This document shows positions 26,723 through 40,300 of a DNA stretch of 64,000 nucleotides, one piece after another. The translations under genes were made by a program, and so were the position numbers. Origin of the DNA: Lama guanicoe (Eukaryota); contig MU054323.1 of assembly GCA_013239625.1 (NCBI GenBank), forward strand, positions 1,426,001 to 1,490,000, read 5' to 3'. The notes below the pieces were generated by a model. That model made no database searches. It saw only the letters and a list, made by a program, of their open reading frames with translations, and was not told where the DNA came from. Numbering within the stretch: the stretch's first letter is position 1; the number at the start of each line of letters is the position of its first letter.

Positions 26723-28633
26723 GTGCCCGTTCCTTCTCTGCTCTGAACTTCTCGCGTGCACACGCAGCGCCCTCTGTATCTGATGCAAGGACGCCTTCTG
26801 TCAGGGGTGCTCTGCCCCATCTGGCACACACAGGGGTGTCCGCACCCCTGCAGATGTCTCACCATCCAGACCACAGCACTGCTGCTGAGAGGCTGAGGAG
26901 AGAGATTTTGCATTCTGTCACCAAGAACCAAGAACCTGACATCTCCCCCATGAGAACTTCCTGTTTCCAACCATCAGAGCGACTGCTAAGTGAAGATCAC
27001 AAACTAAGGTTGAGAGTTTGCAGTCTGAACTGTACTTTTAGAGAATTTTAAATGTAATTTTAAAAGAAAACCAACCCCGGGGAAAAGCAAGCAACTGCAG
27101 GAGGGAGGAGGTGTCCCTGTCCCAGGTCCTCTTCTTGGACGGGTAATACCACTCCCGTGTCATTTAGTGCCTATGACATCAAAGCCAAAGAAATCAAGTA
27201 ACAAACCTGGCAGAATCCTGCGAAGCACTTAGTGGGTTTTGATATTTGTTTGGAATCTGACTTTCAGGATTGTTTGCATCAGGACCATTCAGGTGGGTTC
27301 ACGTGGAGTGGAAAAGGGGGTTCGTTTAAAAAGATTATAGGATTCTGAGTCTGACAGCCTTGAGGTTCGGTCCTTGCTGTGCTGTGTTTGCCAGATCTCG
27401 GCCTCTCTGAATCTGCTTCCTTGTCTGCATGATGGAAATAATAAACCCTGTCCTGGCACCTCAGTGGTGGAATCCCAGAGGAAAGAAGGGACGTGGAAAT
27501 GACTTGCAACCTGTAACAAGGCGTTTTTGCCATCACAGTTGGTGGCCTCCTCACTGACTCTCAGAGAGCCAAGGTGGTAAATAGGTTTTGCTTCACGTGT
27601 CAAAGCCAACGGCAGCATAGAATGGTCTTCAGAGGATGAAGGGAGACTCAGTGGAGGTTCAAAAGGAAAAAGTGCCTGAATCAAACAGTGTTGTCTGCCA
27701 TGCTTTTCAGGGAAGCAGGGCTCACCACGAGGCTATGCCAGCCCTATTTCTTTCATAGGTTCTTAGATCCTGAGCTCTGTGTCCTCTCCAACACAAAGGC
27801 CACTCCCTACTCCGTGTTCTGTGCTACCCGACAGGATGAAGCATTCAAAACCTTCTTTATTCAGTCCTACCAACCACTTGGTGTCCCTCATTTCCTGAAG
27901 AGCTTCTGTAATTTGGTCATTAGAAAATGCACTTGCAGCTTATCCACCAAAGATCATGTTTATTCGTTCATTCACTCAAGACCCGTTTCTTTGGTGCTTT
28001 CGGTAGGACAGACACTGTCCCGGGCCTTGCCCTCGGTAAGCTCAGAGTCTGGTAGAGCTGGAATGTCATCTTATTTTTTTGTATATTGCTTTTCCCTTCA
28101 CAAAATCATGTTTAGTGACAACAAAATATATTGGTGGAGTTCCATTCAATGAGAAATTTTCTAGGCCTACAGCTAGAAAATATAAATCTATTCACCAAAA
28201 GTCCATTGATATAACTACTCAGAGACATGTATTAAAACAAAATAAGAATAAATGATATCATAGAATCAGGAGCACCTAAATGATATCTTGACGATAAAGA
28301 CATTTTGATAGAATAAGAAAGATTTTCTAGTTAATAAAGTATTATTACCAAATTCTCTTTCTCTGTATGGTTTTAGAATTTTACTCTCAAATTGTATTCT
28401 TTTGTTTAAAAACCTACTGTTAGGAGGAAAAGAAATGCTTCTGGAAACTCCTGAAAGCTATATAAAAATATAAGAAATGTAGGATTTTAGGTACATAATC
28501 TTGGTTTTATAGAATATAAAATAAAACATGTGCATCTAGTTTTGCCCTGTTGACTGTAAGACTTTGGACAAGTGACTTTGTCTCTCTGATTCTCAGCTTC
28601 ATCATCTGTGCAAATGAAAAAACTGATCTCTAT

Positions 28634-28818
28634 CAGTGGCTCTCAAACTTGAATGTGTATCAAAATCACTTGGGCCAACTGCTCAATTGGCAGATTTCTG
28701 GGCCCCTTCCTCAGAGAGCTGCTATTTAACTCAGCCTAGGGCAGAGCCCCAGTGTCTGAATTCTTAATAAGACCTCACAGATAGTCCTGGCAGAGAAAAT
28801 CCATTTTGAGAAACACTG
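28634..28818. mobile_element. MER5A-like hAT-Charlie MITE
   Basis: TIRs cagtggctctcaaa / tttgagaaacactg (12/14 complementary), 185 bp. Flanked by a MIR piece (about 28520-28630) and a MER103-like piece (about 28840-28985). Confidence 0.8.
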
Positions 28819-31800
28819 GCCTAGACCTTAACCTGGGAATTAACCTAGGAGTATCCTGGGAGCTTCAGGAGTTCTGCACACACTGAAATTCTTTGTAAAA
28901 TTTTGTGTCTATGCTCTCTTGGGATAACTCTCCTCAGATTTATAAAAGGTTCTTTGCAAACCCCCAAAATGTTCAGAATCACTAAAGAAACTTGTAATCA
29001 TTGGCAGGCCTACCATTCTAATTTCCGTGGCAGCAGAGTTACTGGGTCTCCACTGACAGCGAGACAAATGGAGAAAATTTCCCTTCTACTTTCAAATAAA
29101 CTTTACTGGCAGAAAACAAGAACAAAAGTGTCTAGTCCGCACTTTGTGAAATTTGTTTTCAGTCTGTAGGGGATGTTTTTCTGATTCATTCAGGGCCCAT
29201 TAATGAAGCTGTGTTTTGTCCAGAGCCCCATGGAAATAAGGGTGGGAGGGTCTCGTTGGGATGCAGTGCATCTCTGTTTGCCATTCGCTCTCCTAAGCAC
29301 TTATGTGCCAGGTGCTGGGTAGGCCTTGGGCCTGCAGAGAACATCACAGATCCTGCCTTCACATAGCTGTGGTCCAGTGCCATCCAGAAGCCTATAGGTC
29401 AAGTGTATGGTGTACATGTTTTATAATATGAAAAAACACATCAATAATACAGGGACAATTGTGATCAGGACCATGAAACATGAGGAAGGACCTGGAAGCC
29501 CAGGAGGGCTGGTGAGGAAGGTGACTTAGAAGCTGAGCTTCAAAGGAAGCCAAGGAAGGGTGATTTGGACATGAGGAGCTATCAGTCTGTCTGGAAACTC
29601 AAAAATCTCACTAATTAGAATCACAGAAGCTGGAATAAAGAACAACTATTATGTTTAAGAGCCCCTTTGCATAGTGTTGGCAGGAGGCCCACCAGATTGA
29701 GTACATTAGGTTGAAACAAAAGTACAATGAAACAAAACAAAACAAACAAACCAAAACCTCTTGGCAGACCTGCTGAGATCATCTGGAAAACCACCGCTGA
29801 AGATAAAAGCTCGTACCTGCTAGGGCTCCTCCCATAGACCTCCTCCTTCCCTTTCTTCCCTTCCTCCGTGATCATTCTAAAGTGCTTCCATCTGACCATT
29901 AGCTCACTTGATGTTCACTGTCGCCGAGGAACCAGACCTTGGAGGTAGCATTCCCTCACTTCAAGCTGTAGGGATGGGAAAGTCAGGAGACTTGACCAGG
30001 ACTGGGGCCAGCAGGGTCGAACACCAGGGCCACCTTGCAAGCAGCACCCTCCCCTCCTTGCTCTGCTTCCTGTGCCCTCTGAGTCACATTCCAGAGCAAG
30101 TGCCTGGAAGTTTCTCTTGTCTGCTCTGTAGTGAAGCAGCTGCATCAGAAGCTCTCTTGTTCCATCCCAGCCATCCTACCGGGAATAGCTCAGAAGCTTC
30201 TCTGTAGAAGAAGAACCTCTTTGATCTCCCTGTTCTCAAAGCCAGAAGAGGCTCTTTCTCCTCTGACTTCCTATGACTTTGGTTTCCCCTCCCCCACGTC
30301 CCTTAACAAGGACATCATGGTTTCGCAACACAATTCTGTGAGCTTTTCTCACTTGGTCACTAGTTAGAGCCCCTCTCCATCCCCCAAAGCAGTGACTACA
30401 CTGCTGTCAGTGTTTTCCCAGAATGCTGCTCTCGGTGTCTGGCAGTGTGGTTTCACCAGAAGGCTGGATGTGGACCATACATTAGTCGTGTGAACTTAAG
30501 AAAGTCTTATGCTTAAAGGTTGTTAAATAAATAAATCAACAAACCACTCTGGCCCTCAGATTCCTCATCTGTCAAATGGGGAGAATACTCTGAGGCCCAT
30601 TTAATCACGTGAGAGCCAACCAAAGCACTTTGTAAACAGTGAATATTCTTGCTCGGGTGAGACTGTTCAGTGGCTTGATCTTAGGTACCCGGGCCTGGGA
30701 AGGCTCCCAGATGCCAAATAGCCCAGTCTCTTGGGCTGTGGCATCCAGAGCTGGCTCCCCAGACAGATATTTTATCAAAAGCAAATGTGACAGAGATGCC
30801 CATTATTGCTTCTCAGCATCTGATTCAAATCAATTTTGAAAATTATACTCTTGGCTCAAGAAAAGATTTGAGGGTGATTGGTTTTCAGGGATTTAGATTC
30901 TGCTTGTTCATAAGCAGTCATGTGGAGGAGGCCTTATTGAAAATTTGTTGGGCGGAGTTATATACAGAAGCATTTCAATTCCTTTGGGAAACAGACATTA
31001 CATAAGACACAAAATGTTGTCCAGATTGGGCGGGTGAGGACACTGCAATTTTTAGTGAGAACCTGGGAATTCATTTCCATTTGGAATGTTTGCCAACATG
31101 ATCCAGGCTGCACTTCAACTTGAATGAATGTGAAAAACAAGAGCTGGGGTCTGAAATCTAAAAAAAAAGAGATGACAATGTAAAGTTACAGTTCTGGGAA
31201 AACAAGGTCCCATGTGAGGCTCCAAAGACATTTTATTACAGCGAGATTGTCTCAGGGAATAGCCAGCTACGGCAGGCATGTCTTAGAGCATTTAGAGACA
31301 GCATTCGTCCCGGAGGGGTGGCATGATAACCTTCTCCTGTCTCAGAGGGTGTGAAATCATTTTGAATGGCTTCCACACCTTGGGATTTGGCCTTCCCATG
31401 ATAGGGCAGGTGTCAGTTAGAGAGATACTGATGGTCATGGCAGCCATGCCTTTCAAAGGAATGCTCTTAGGTGACACCTCAACTTCTCTGCCCCCATGAT
31501 AGGGTTGGAAAGAGCCCTTTAGGAGACTCTCAGTCTACCTTGCCCCCATTTTACAAAAGAGGAAACAGAAGCTCTGGAGAGGGGGAGGGCTATCCTAGGA
31601 ACTATTTCCTAATTGCTCTAATTAACATCCAAAAGAATGTGTCTCAACTCCCATGGGATTATAAAAGCTTAAAAGCCCGAAGGACCTACTCTCTTTAGTT
31701 AATTGTTAAAGGACTGTCCATTTCTAATTGGAAAGTTGAAAAGGAAGAAACAGCCCATTTCTATTATAGGGTTGGACTTGAAGATACAAAATCATGTCTG

Positions 31801-33826
31801 GATCTCTCAAGCTGTTTTACAGTATTGGATTTTTCTGACCCTTTGAAAGGGTCATAGGGACTTGGATCTGGGATCATTGACCCATCTTGGTGGAAATCAG
31901 TCCCTCCCCTCCCGTGAACTATTCAGCACCTGCCGGCAGAAAGCGCTCTGTCTCACTGATTGTGCACTCTGGTGTCTCCACCTGCACTGGTTCTCGGACC
32001 CTCCTCTGTTTCTCCCTTAGCGTTGTTATGGAGCTTAGGGTCCCCTCCTTGTGACTGTGCTGAGTTGCTGTGCATCGTGTCCTATGCCGAACTCTGAGAC
32101 AGCTTCTCCCCTCACACATGCAACGTGGTCCTCTCACCACTGGGGAGAGACGGGGGAGGTCAGCTGCAGAATAGGCCTAAATCCGTCTATGACATGTCCA
32201 GGGGCCTCCTGAGCTATCTTGGGGGAATCCTTATGCAGACAACCATCCACAGTGGCCTCTTGCAGCCATCCACCTTCAACAAACAGGACCGAGTGGTGTC
32301 TATAAAAAGTCTGTAGCCAAGCGCTATGGAGGATGCAGAGTTTGAGCCAAATGCCCTCACTCTTGAAAGACCTTGCAGCCTAATAGAAAGATTCTTGTAG
32401 ATGCTACAGGATAATAGAGAAAGGAACATCTGTCCCAAGGCCTGTGCAGATGGTCTAACATAGTGAATTTCTCTACAAATATCACACTGAAGATTTCACG
32501 ATACCTTGAACTATAGGTAGGGTTTGCAGCTGCAGGGACGACAGTCTTAAGAGGAGGGACAACCTGAGCCAGGGTCCAGGGCTGGGGGACGGGAGGATGC
32601 TGTGGGGAAGAGCAGGCCTCTATGTTGGCTAAAATGTCAGAACACCAAAGAGGTATCGGGGAACAGCGAGGGTGGAGTTGTAGGTGGGGCCCAAGTACAG
32701 AGGGCACAGACCGCCAGGAGGCTCTGAAGTCCTGAATGTGGGGGACAAGGCTGACAGGTGGTTTCCTGCCAGGATGTGTTCCGTGACCATGGAAATTCTG
32801 ATGACCTGGTGTTGTATTCCTCTTAAAACAGCGTATGGACGGTATGAGGAAAGAGGAGTTATTTTTCATCCCCTTGTAAGTGGTCCCAGTGACTCTGTGG
32901 GTGAAGCTGCAGGAGCTCACAGTGTGCCCTCGAGCGGATGACTTACGTCAAAGGTGACCAAGTTGTTCGTCAAGCGTTTGCCGGCTGTACCTTGTCTGTG
33001 CTGCACAGAGCACTGAGGGGAGCAGCAGGTGGGGCTCCCATGCAGGTGCCAGGCCATCTAGGGAGATGGAGCCGTCCAAGCAGACAAGTGCAGTGACAGC
33101 CCAAGAGCTAAGTGAGGTTATGGGTCATTCGGAGCTTTGGGAGCTCAGGGGACGGGAAGGGAGGGAAATAGAGCTGGGGAGGGTCTGGTGAGGCTTCCAG
33201 CAGGAGCTGGGGGCTGAGGTGCCAGGAAAGACAGACAGACAGAGAGGGTAAAAACATATTGCCTCCACAGAGTAGGTGGTGAGCAGGAGGTGGGCAAGGC
33301 CCTGATCTTGGAATGGTTGGCACCTCCCAGAACACGCAGGGGCATTTGGAATTTTCCTTCATGTAACCTCTCTGCCCAGGCATCCTCTCCGCCTCCTCCC
33401 TTTAGTGTTGGAGGCGACCCCAGCCCACAAGTCAGGTCCTATCCTGATATCCTGGTCCAGTTCCCAGCCAGAGCTGCCTGCCCCGAGCCTTCTGCTTGCT
33501 CCAGGAGCAGGTCTGTCCTGGGCCTTTGTTTCTACTGCTTTCCACAGAGAAGAGTGGGGTGGAGACTTGCTGAGAAAGAGGTGTATTCATCAAAACGTAA
33601 AAACAGTGACACTGGATGTTCCAGAAAGACCAGCTGGGCCTGGCAGTCACAGGCAGCGTCTGTGCAGTCACATCCCACGCTCACGTTTTCTGCAGATGAA
33701 ATCCCTTGTCTCTGAAGTGAAGAAGCGAGCTCGGCGTGTTCTGATTTGAAAGACAAATGGGTTGTTTTATCAGCGTAGTTCAGAATGTGCTCAGGGAAAA
33801 GCGCAAGGTGGATGTCCTGTGTTTCA

Positions 33827-33845
33827 TGTGTGTGTGTGTGTGTGT
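33827..33845. repeat. (TG)9 microsatellite
   Basis: Read directly from the sequence. Confidence 0.9.
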
Positions 33846-34997
33846 TTAACTAAATGGCACAAAGATATGAGCTGAAGTTCTGTATATTATCGTCTGAGGC
33901 TTAGATGTCTCTATCAGAGACACAGAAAGAGCTTAGAATATGTGTTAAGTAAGAGCTGAAAAGGCAGCTATTTTTGTGGAAAGAACAGCCCTGGAGCCAG
34001 ACACCCCAGTTTGAATCCGGGTTCTTCCCCTAAGAGCTGCGAGTTCTCGGACAGGGTCCTCCACGTCCCTTGTCTGCAGCTTCCACAGCTGTTAAATGAT
34101 TCTTCATCTTTACCTTGCAAGTGCTTGCCACTCAAGGTGCTCAATTAATGCTCAAGGTCACATTCATTATCACTGGGGTCCGCAGGACTGATGACAAGAA
34201 TGCAGGGGTGAGGAAGCTGGCCTCACCGTGCAGGACAGATCCTTCTGGGTCTGCTGGCTTTCCTGCAGTTACCGGTTGCTCCAGGGCACTGTCCCTCCCT
34301 CACAGGAGAGCTGGCTTGGCTTTCAGTCGTGTGAACCAGGCTTTGCCAGCGCTCCCTCCCGGCTGGCCGGCCACCCCGCTCCTGCGAGGAAAGAGGGGAA
34401 AAGGAGGACGAGAAGAGGCAGTCCCAGGTGCAGGTGCAGCGGGAATCCGCGCAGCAGTCGGGGAGGTAAGCCAGCAGAGGACATTCTTCCACTCCCCGTG
34501 CTCCTCTACTGCAGACAGTGACGGCCTCGAAGGGGTCACACTTCAGAGAAAAGCTCCGGGAGAAGATGATTTCCCCTTGACAGGGCACCCGGAGGGCTGA
34601 ACTGGAGAAGCAGGGTCCCATTTGAGACAAAGCACCCTAATGCTGGATATTGAGGTGGGCGGTGCGGAAGGTTTCTGTTATCCCTATGCAATCTGTAAGT
34701 GTGCTGTCTGCACCGGGGACTGTCATACCCTGGGCGTGGGGAGGGAGGGAGCAGGTTGTCTTTACAACCAACGACATTGTAGACACCAGGCACCTTTGGT
34801 TCTGTCTAGAACAAGTCAAAGTGTGACTAAAGGCATAGATGAATAATGGATAGATAATAGTCAACGTTAATGAAATGCTTATTGAGTGGCAGGTTCCAAG
34901 CACTGCATTTTGCATATATTAACTCATTTGATCCTCACAAGGGTGTATGAGGTAGACATTATTATTCCTCTCCAATTTTACAAATGAGGAAACTGAG

Positions 34998-35108
34998 GGC
35001 GGGTATAGCTCAGTGGTAGAGCATGTGCCTAGCATGCACGAGGCCCTGGGTTTAATCCCCAGTCCCTCCATTAACATAAATAAATAGGCACGTAGGTAGG
35101 TAGGTAGG

Positions 35109-35139
<31 letters not shown>

Positions 35140-35173
35140 ACCCAATTTCCCCCCAAAAACAAATGAGAGGAAA
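34998..35173 (+). mobile_element. tRNA-derived SINE, Vic-1-like, inserted into a MIR core
   Basis: GGCGGGTATAGCTCAGTGGTAGAGCATGTGCCTAGCATGCACGAGGCCCTGGGTTTAATCCCCAGT head. TSD aaatgaggaaactgag (34982-34997) / aaatgaggagactgag (35174-35189). Host MIR spans about 34860-35250 on the - strand. Confidence 0.88.
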
Positions 35174-35315
35174 AAATGAGGAGACTGAGGCACGAAATGG
35201 TCAATAAGTTCCCCAGTGTCGCATGGCATTCAAGCCCAGGCTGTTGAGCTCCAGTGCCAGGGCTATTTGCTAAGTTAGGTGGACCCTAGATGGACGATCC
35301 CTGATGGAAGTCTTC

Positions 35316-35353
35316 ATTTATTTATTTTAATGGCGGTACTGGGGATCGATCCC
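35316..35353 (-). mobile_element. Short fragment of a Vic-1-like SINE
   Basis: The reverse complement GGGATCGATCCCCAGTACCGCCATTAAAATAAATAAAT matches the B-box/A-rich part of the SINE at 35048-35087. Confidence 0.7.
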
Positions 35354-35370
35354 TACTAGGAAGGATAGTT

Positions 35371-35870
35371 TGTATAGTTTGCCAGACACTGTTGATTATA
35401 TTCCCAATGGCCATCATTCTCTCCTCACCCTTCCCTCTCTGGCCATGGCCTGCTTCCCCCTACAGAGGCTAAAAACCCAGGTCCATCTTGCATCTGGGAT
35501 GCGGGCATGTTACCCCAATCCTGGTCAAAAGGGCTCTGAGAAAAGCTCTGCTGGAAACTGGAGAGGGTTCTGGAAAGGATGTCTTCACTTGTAGAGAGAC
35601 TAGCATACCGGTGTTTGTAGTGTCCACTGTGATTCGTGGAATTGCTATAGCTAACTGTCAATGGGGAAGGGAGATGCTGAGTCCAGGCTGAACATGGCAG
35701 AGTGGAGAGACAGAGAGGACCTGGGCCCTTGGTAATATCCCTGAGCTGCCAAATTAATCCTGAGACAGTATCTGGACCATGTGTTGTGTGGGATAATTAA
35801 CTCTCTGTGGTTTAAGCCACCTTTGGTTGATCTTTGGTTCCTTGTAGGAGAAAGCATCCTACTTAATACA
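35371..35870 (+). mobile_element. Old MaLR solo LTR (MLT1J/K-like)
   Basis: TG start; ends with tggtttaagccacctttggttgatctttggttccttgtagg...catcctacttaataCA. Confidence 0.65.
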
Positions 35871-38800
35871 AAGGAGAATGAGGCTGAGAGCCAGGAGCCC
35901 CTGGCCCTGGTTAGGACTCTGCTGCTAATACATTGTGTGATCCTGGGCCAGTTGCAAACCTCTCCAAGTCACAGGGTCTCAATTTATTGAAGAGGCTAGG
36001 AATCCCTGCCCTGCCACCTTCTCAGAACACTTGTGAGACCACATGAAACATTTTTTAGCTCCACCTCCTACTTTGTTCTGGAGATACGTAAATTAATAAA
36101 ATATGGTATGGATTAAAATGAATGAATAAATGAAATAAAGCAAATGGATAAAACAAATAAAAAAGGGCAGATATGGGAGTGAACGCCATGTTTCATGGAC
36201 AGAAGAAAGGACTTCAGTATGGCTGAGCAGAGGAGACGAGGGGCCGAAGGTGGAAGGTGAGAGGCAGAAGTGGACCTGGGCTTAGTCTCTGCCTCTGTAA
36301 AATGGTGGGGAGAACCATACGACCTCTTAAGTTCTCTTCCAACGCCGAGATTCTAGAAGCCAAGTGGAGCTGTCACTAGATCACTGCTAGACATGAATGT
36401 CCCTGAACCACATGTCTCTTGAGCATCATAGCAGTTTTTCTGCCCAGCCACCCACAGGGACAGGAACTGTGTCTTACTCATCTCTATATCCCCAGCACCC
36501 CATAAGAAAAACTAATCGGTTGATAGAACAAATTAAAAAATGAATAAAGGACTCTATCTTATAGATTACCTGAGATTCAGTTTGAAGAATAAATGAAAGA
36601 AATGAAACATTTTATAGTGTGTTATCCAGAATAATAAACCTATAGAGATTCATAATGAATCATTTTGGTATAGAATGTTTAAGTAAACAGGGTGCGACAT
36701 CACAGAACAGGATAACATAACATCCCCATTCTCAGAGTCAAGTCGCTAATTTTCTTGTGAATACGTGAGGCACTTGCCAGAAAAAGAGAGTCATCAATGA
36801 ACTTCCCTAAACACTATTTTTCCCAAAGAGGAAATGAAATAAAAGTCTAAAATAGAAAACTTGAGATGTCTAATATGAACAAGCTGTGTGACGACTGGAA
36901 AATCAGGCTGCTTACGTTTGAGTTTGTAATGAGATTGTCCAAGAGAAATGTGGGAACTGAAAGAATTTTCTTTGAGAAGAAATGTGAGGGAGATCATAAA
37001 AGACATAGATGGTCTCTGAAAACAGAAGGCTGTGTCTGATTTCTAAGTAAAACTCACTGCATAGTCAAGGTAGGACTTATTTTTATCCATGTTCGTTTAA
37101 AAAAATGTGACATGTCTACCAAGAGCACAATAAATGATGACATCGTGTTAAAGCTAATATGTTGTGACTTCACAGCTTGGCCCCAGTAAAATCTCTGGCA
37201 GACTCAGAAGCTGGTGCCTGGAGACATATTTCAAGATGACACAGCTGGGTTGCCAGGGTAACTCACTGGATGAGGATCTAGCTGGCTTTGGGAGATATTA
37301 CATAAGATAAGACCCAGTGGGAAGAGTTAAGGGATGTCCTGGAGTCCGCGGAGGAAAGCGCTGGGGCTATTGTCCCTTCGGTTTTCAGGATGAGGACATA
37401 GACGAGGTGGGAACATTTGGGACTGAGTAGCGTTAGACACCTGGATCAGCCACCCAAAGAGAAAAATCTTAGTGTCCAGACTAATGAAGAATGCTCTCTT
37501 AACAGAGGATTCCAGTTGACAGAGAATTAACATAAAATATAAAAAGCAAGGATGACCACTTTCCTAAGAACCAGTCTCACCGTCTGCTTTTAAGATTTCG
37601 AAGATATTGAAGAAGCTGCCCTGTTATTTCATGTTAGGGACACATGTTAATTGGTGTTTGTTTTTCAAATGGATGAATGACTCCCTTGAAGGACCAAAAC
37701 GCTGTTGAATTTGTAACTATCCTTGGAGGAGACACTGACATCCTGCTGAGTGTGTATGTGTGAGAGGGAGATTTTATACACACACACACATACATATATT
37801 CAGTTGGTTTATGTGCGTGCCTTGGTTAAGATAAAAGTTCAGCTGAGTGTGACAGAGACTCACCTGTTTTCAGCACAACTGAAGATTGTTTTTTTCCCTT
37901 GTGGAAAGTCAAGGCTGGCCTGGCAGCTCTGCTCTGTGAGCCATTAGGAACTCTGTCTCCTTTTCTCCTGGTGCCTCTTCCAAGGGCCTTGCTGCGAGTC
38001 ACATGACCCCAGGTGGCTCACCACAGCGTCACGTTCCAGCTAGTGGGAGAAGTCAAAAGACATGGGAGAATATACCCTTCCCTTTCAGGGCAAGACCCAG
38101 AAATTGCATACATCACCTCAGCCATATCCAGAGCTCAGTCTCATGACGACACCTCGCCACAGGGGACACTGGAAGAGTAGTCTTAATTTTGGATGGCCAT
38201 ATGCCCAGCCAAAAAGTCAATCACCCTGGAGAGAGAGAAGGCTATATAATGGGGGTTAGCTAGCAATCTCTGCCCAGAGGATACATTTTTGAAGGGCTCC
38301 TTCCTGTCATCCGCCTCTTGTCTAAGGTCAGGTACAAGATGTGCAGCTATTTGAGCTTCTCTGTAGTTGAGATTTGAGGCCATGACAAGCAGAAATGGAC
38401 TCACTCTGTGTGCTTCTGTTTTACCAAAAGTGTGTGGTGCCAAGATGCCCTGTTCTGCTGCCTGGGCTGGGCCTGACTACCTCCCCAGGGCTTTGCTTTG
38501 TCTGATGCACCAGGGCCTGATGGAAACTTCATCCAAATAGAGAGTTAAATGTGGCCATATAGGTACCAACGATTGGTCCCTCCATATGCTGCAGGCAGTG
38601 AGGTTTATTTTTTAAACACAAGAACCTGTCGTTCATAATTTGCTAACAGAAGAAGCACCTGTCACCTCTGCCCTTTTCCTGTGCCTGCTCCCTGAATCTG
38701 TATCCCCACTGGGGAGCCTCTGCAGAGTGTGCCGCTGGACTAGTGGATCATGTTTAGTGTTTGTTGCTCATATTTCTCTCCTGTGTCCGTTTGGCAGCAG

Positions 38801-38984
38801 AGGTACTTATGTGCCTGTGTGACTTGAATACCACATGAACAGCAGGCCTGCGGCGGCATAAGGCGAACACAGCATCACATGAGGGACAAACACCTAACAA
38901 TGGGTGAGAGATACTGAAATACAGTACCTGTAGTCACACTCGTAAGATTTACTGTTGCAGAATGACTGTTCGGTCTTTGTATTC

Positions 38985-39430
38985 CTTCCATCTATCCATC
39001 CACCCACCCATCCATTTTTCTACCAGTCCACCCATTTATACACCCATCCACCATTTATTCATCAGTCCACCCATTTATCCATCCATCCATTCGTTTATTC
39101 ATCCATCCATCCATCCATCCAACCATTTACCTATCCACACATTTATTCATTAAAACATTATTGAGCCTCTCTCTGCACAAGTCCCAAATTAAGAGCTGGA
39201 GATGTTGAAATGAACCAATAGCCATGGCTCTTATCTTCAGTGAGCTTAGTCAGTGGGGAAGACTGTCAAGTAAACTGACGATGATGATGCAATGAGGTAA
39301 ACGTGCTTGAAGGGGTGAAAAATGGGTAGTGCTGGGAAGAGGCTCCAGGGGGCTTCTCAGAAGAAATAATACTTGAGCCACATCGTAACATACTGAGCCA
39401 GCTGGCAACAGAAAGAAGGAACTACTGACA
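38985..39430 (-). mobile_element. L2 3' end with a degenerate (TCCA)n/(TTCA)n tract (about 38985-39150)
   Basis: An imperfect catc/catt tetramer array runs into ttcattaaaacattattgagcctc, the antisense L2 terminus. Confidence 0.7.
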
Positions 39431-39989
39431 GCAGCAAGCATTTGCGATTTGGGGAGGGGAGGGGCTCTAAGATTTATTTCTTCCTAGTCCTAGGTCTCAA
39501 AATCATCTTGCAAGGCAAGATCCTAGATATCTCTCCGCCACACTAAAAATACATCCATAATCTAATGGAAACAAGCACGTTGGCAAAAGGTTCCCCTTCC
39601 TGCCCATTAGTCAGCCCTTTATCAGAACAGCCCTGTCGAGGACCGAGAACATGACGCTGGATCGCAACGTGTCAGTGATGTGGGACGGGAAGCATCCGGG
39701 TGACAGGGCCTTGGCTCTCTGTCCCCACTGTGCGTTTCCAAGGAGTCTTCTCTGAACTCTAGCCAGACAAGGGCCACAGCCCCGGACGCTGCTTGCTTTG
39801 ATCCAGTCATGTCTGTGTTGGCTCTTTTTCCCGAGGAGCACGAAAACCTTTGTTCCGTTAAACAAGCGGTTGTGACACTTTTCTGGTCCTGATGGCAGTT
39901 TTCAGAGAGATAAAGGAAAGGGAGCTAATAGTTGCTGAGTTTCTACTGCGTGTCCAGGAGATTAGTAACAAGAACAAGGACAAGCACAA

Positions 39990-40300
39990 GAATGATAGTA
40001 GCAAACACTTATGGAGCACCTACTGTATGCCAGGCATTACTCCATGTGTGTTCTGTGTACTAATTCATTTAATTCATACCACAGCCTTTTGTACCCAGTA
40101 CCACTTCTGTCTCCATTTGGCAGATGAGGCAACCGAGCATGAACAGAGCAGTAACCTGTCTAAGGTCACACCACCAATGAACGGCTGAGTTGTGTACAGC
40201 CTTTAACTCCCAGCTCTGGCCTTTGCTGTGTGACCTGGGACAAATTACACAAACTCTCTGAGCCTCAGTTTCTTTATCTCAGTGGTGGAGGTAGCAATGC
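39990..40300. mobile_element. Two MIR fragments (- then +)
   Basis: acacttatggagcacctactgtatgccaggc...ccatttggcagatgaggcaaccgag, then gctgtgtgacctgggacaaattacacaaactctctgagcctcagtttc. Confidence 0.75.

Noticed and set aside
31922..31950. REST/NRSE site (TTCAGCACC), plausible in a neuronal gene
   Set aside because: Only the left half-site is present; there is no GGACAG right half at a suitable spacing.
34998..35070. Functional tRNA-Ala gene
   Set aside because: It continues into a SINE body and tail and has a TSD, so it is a SINE head.
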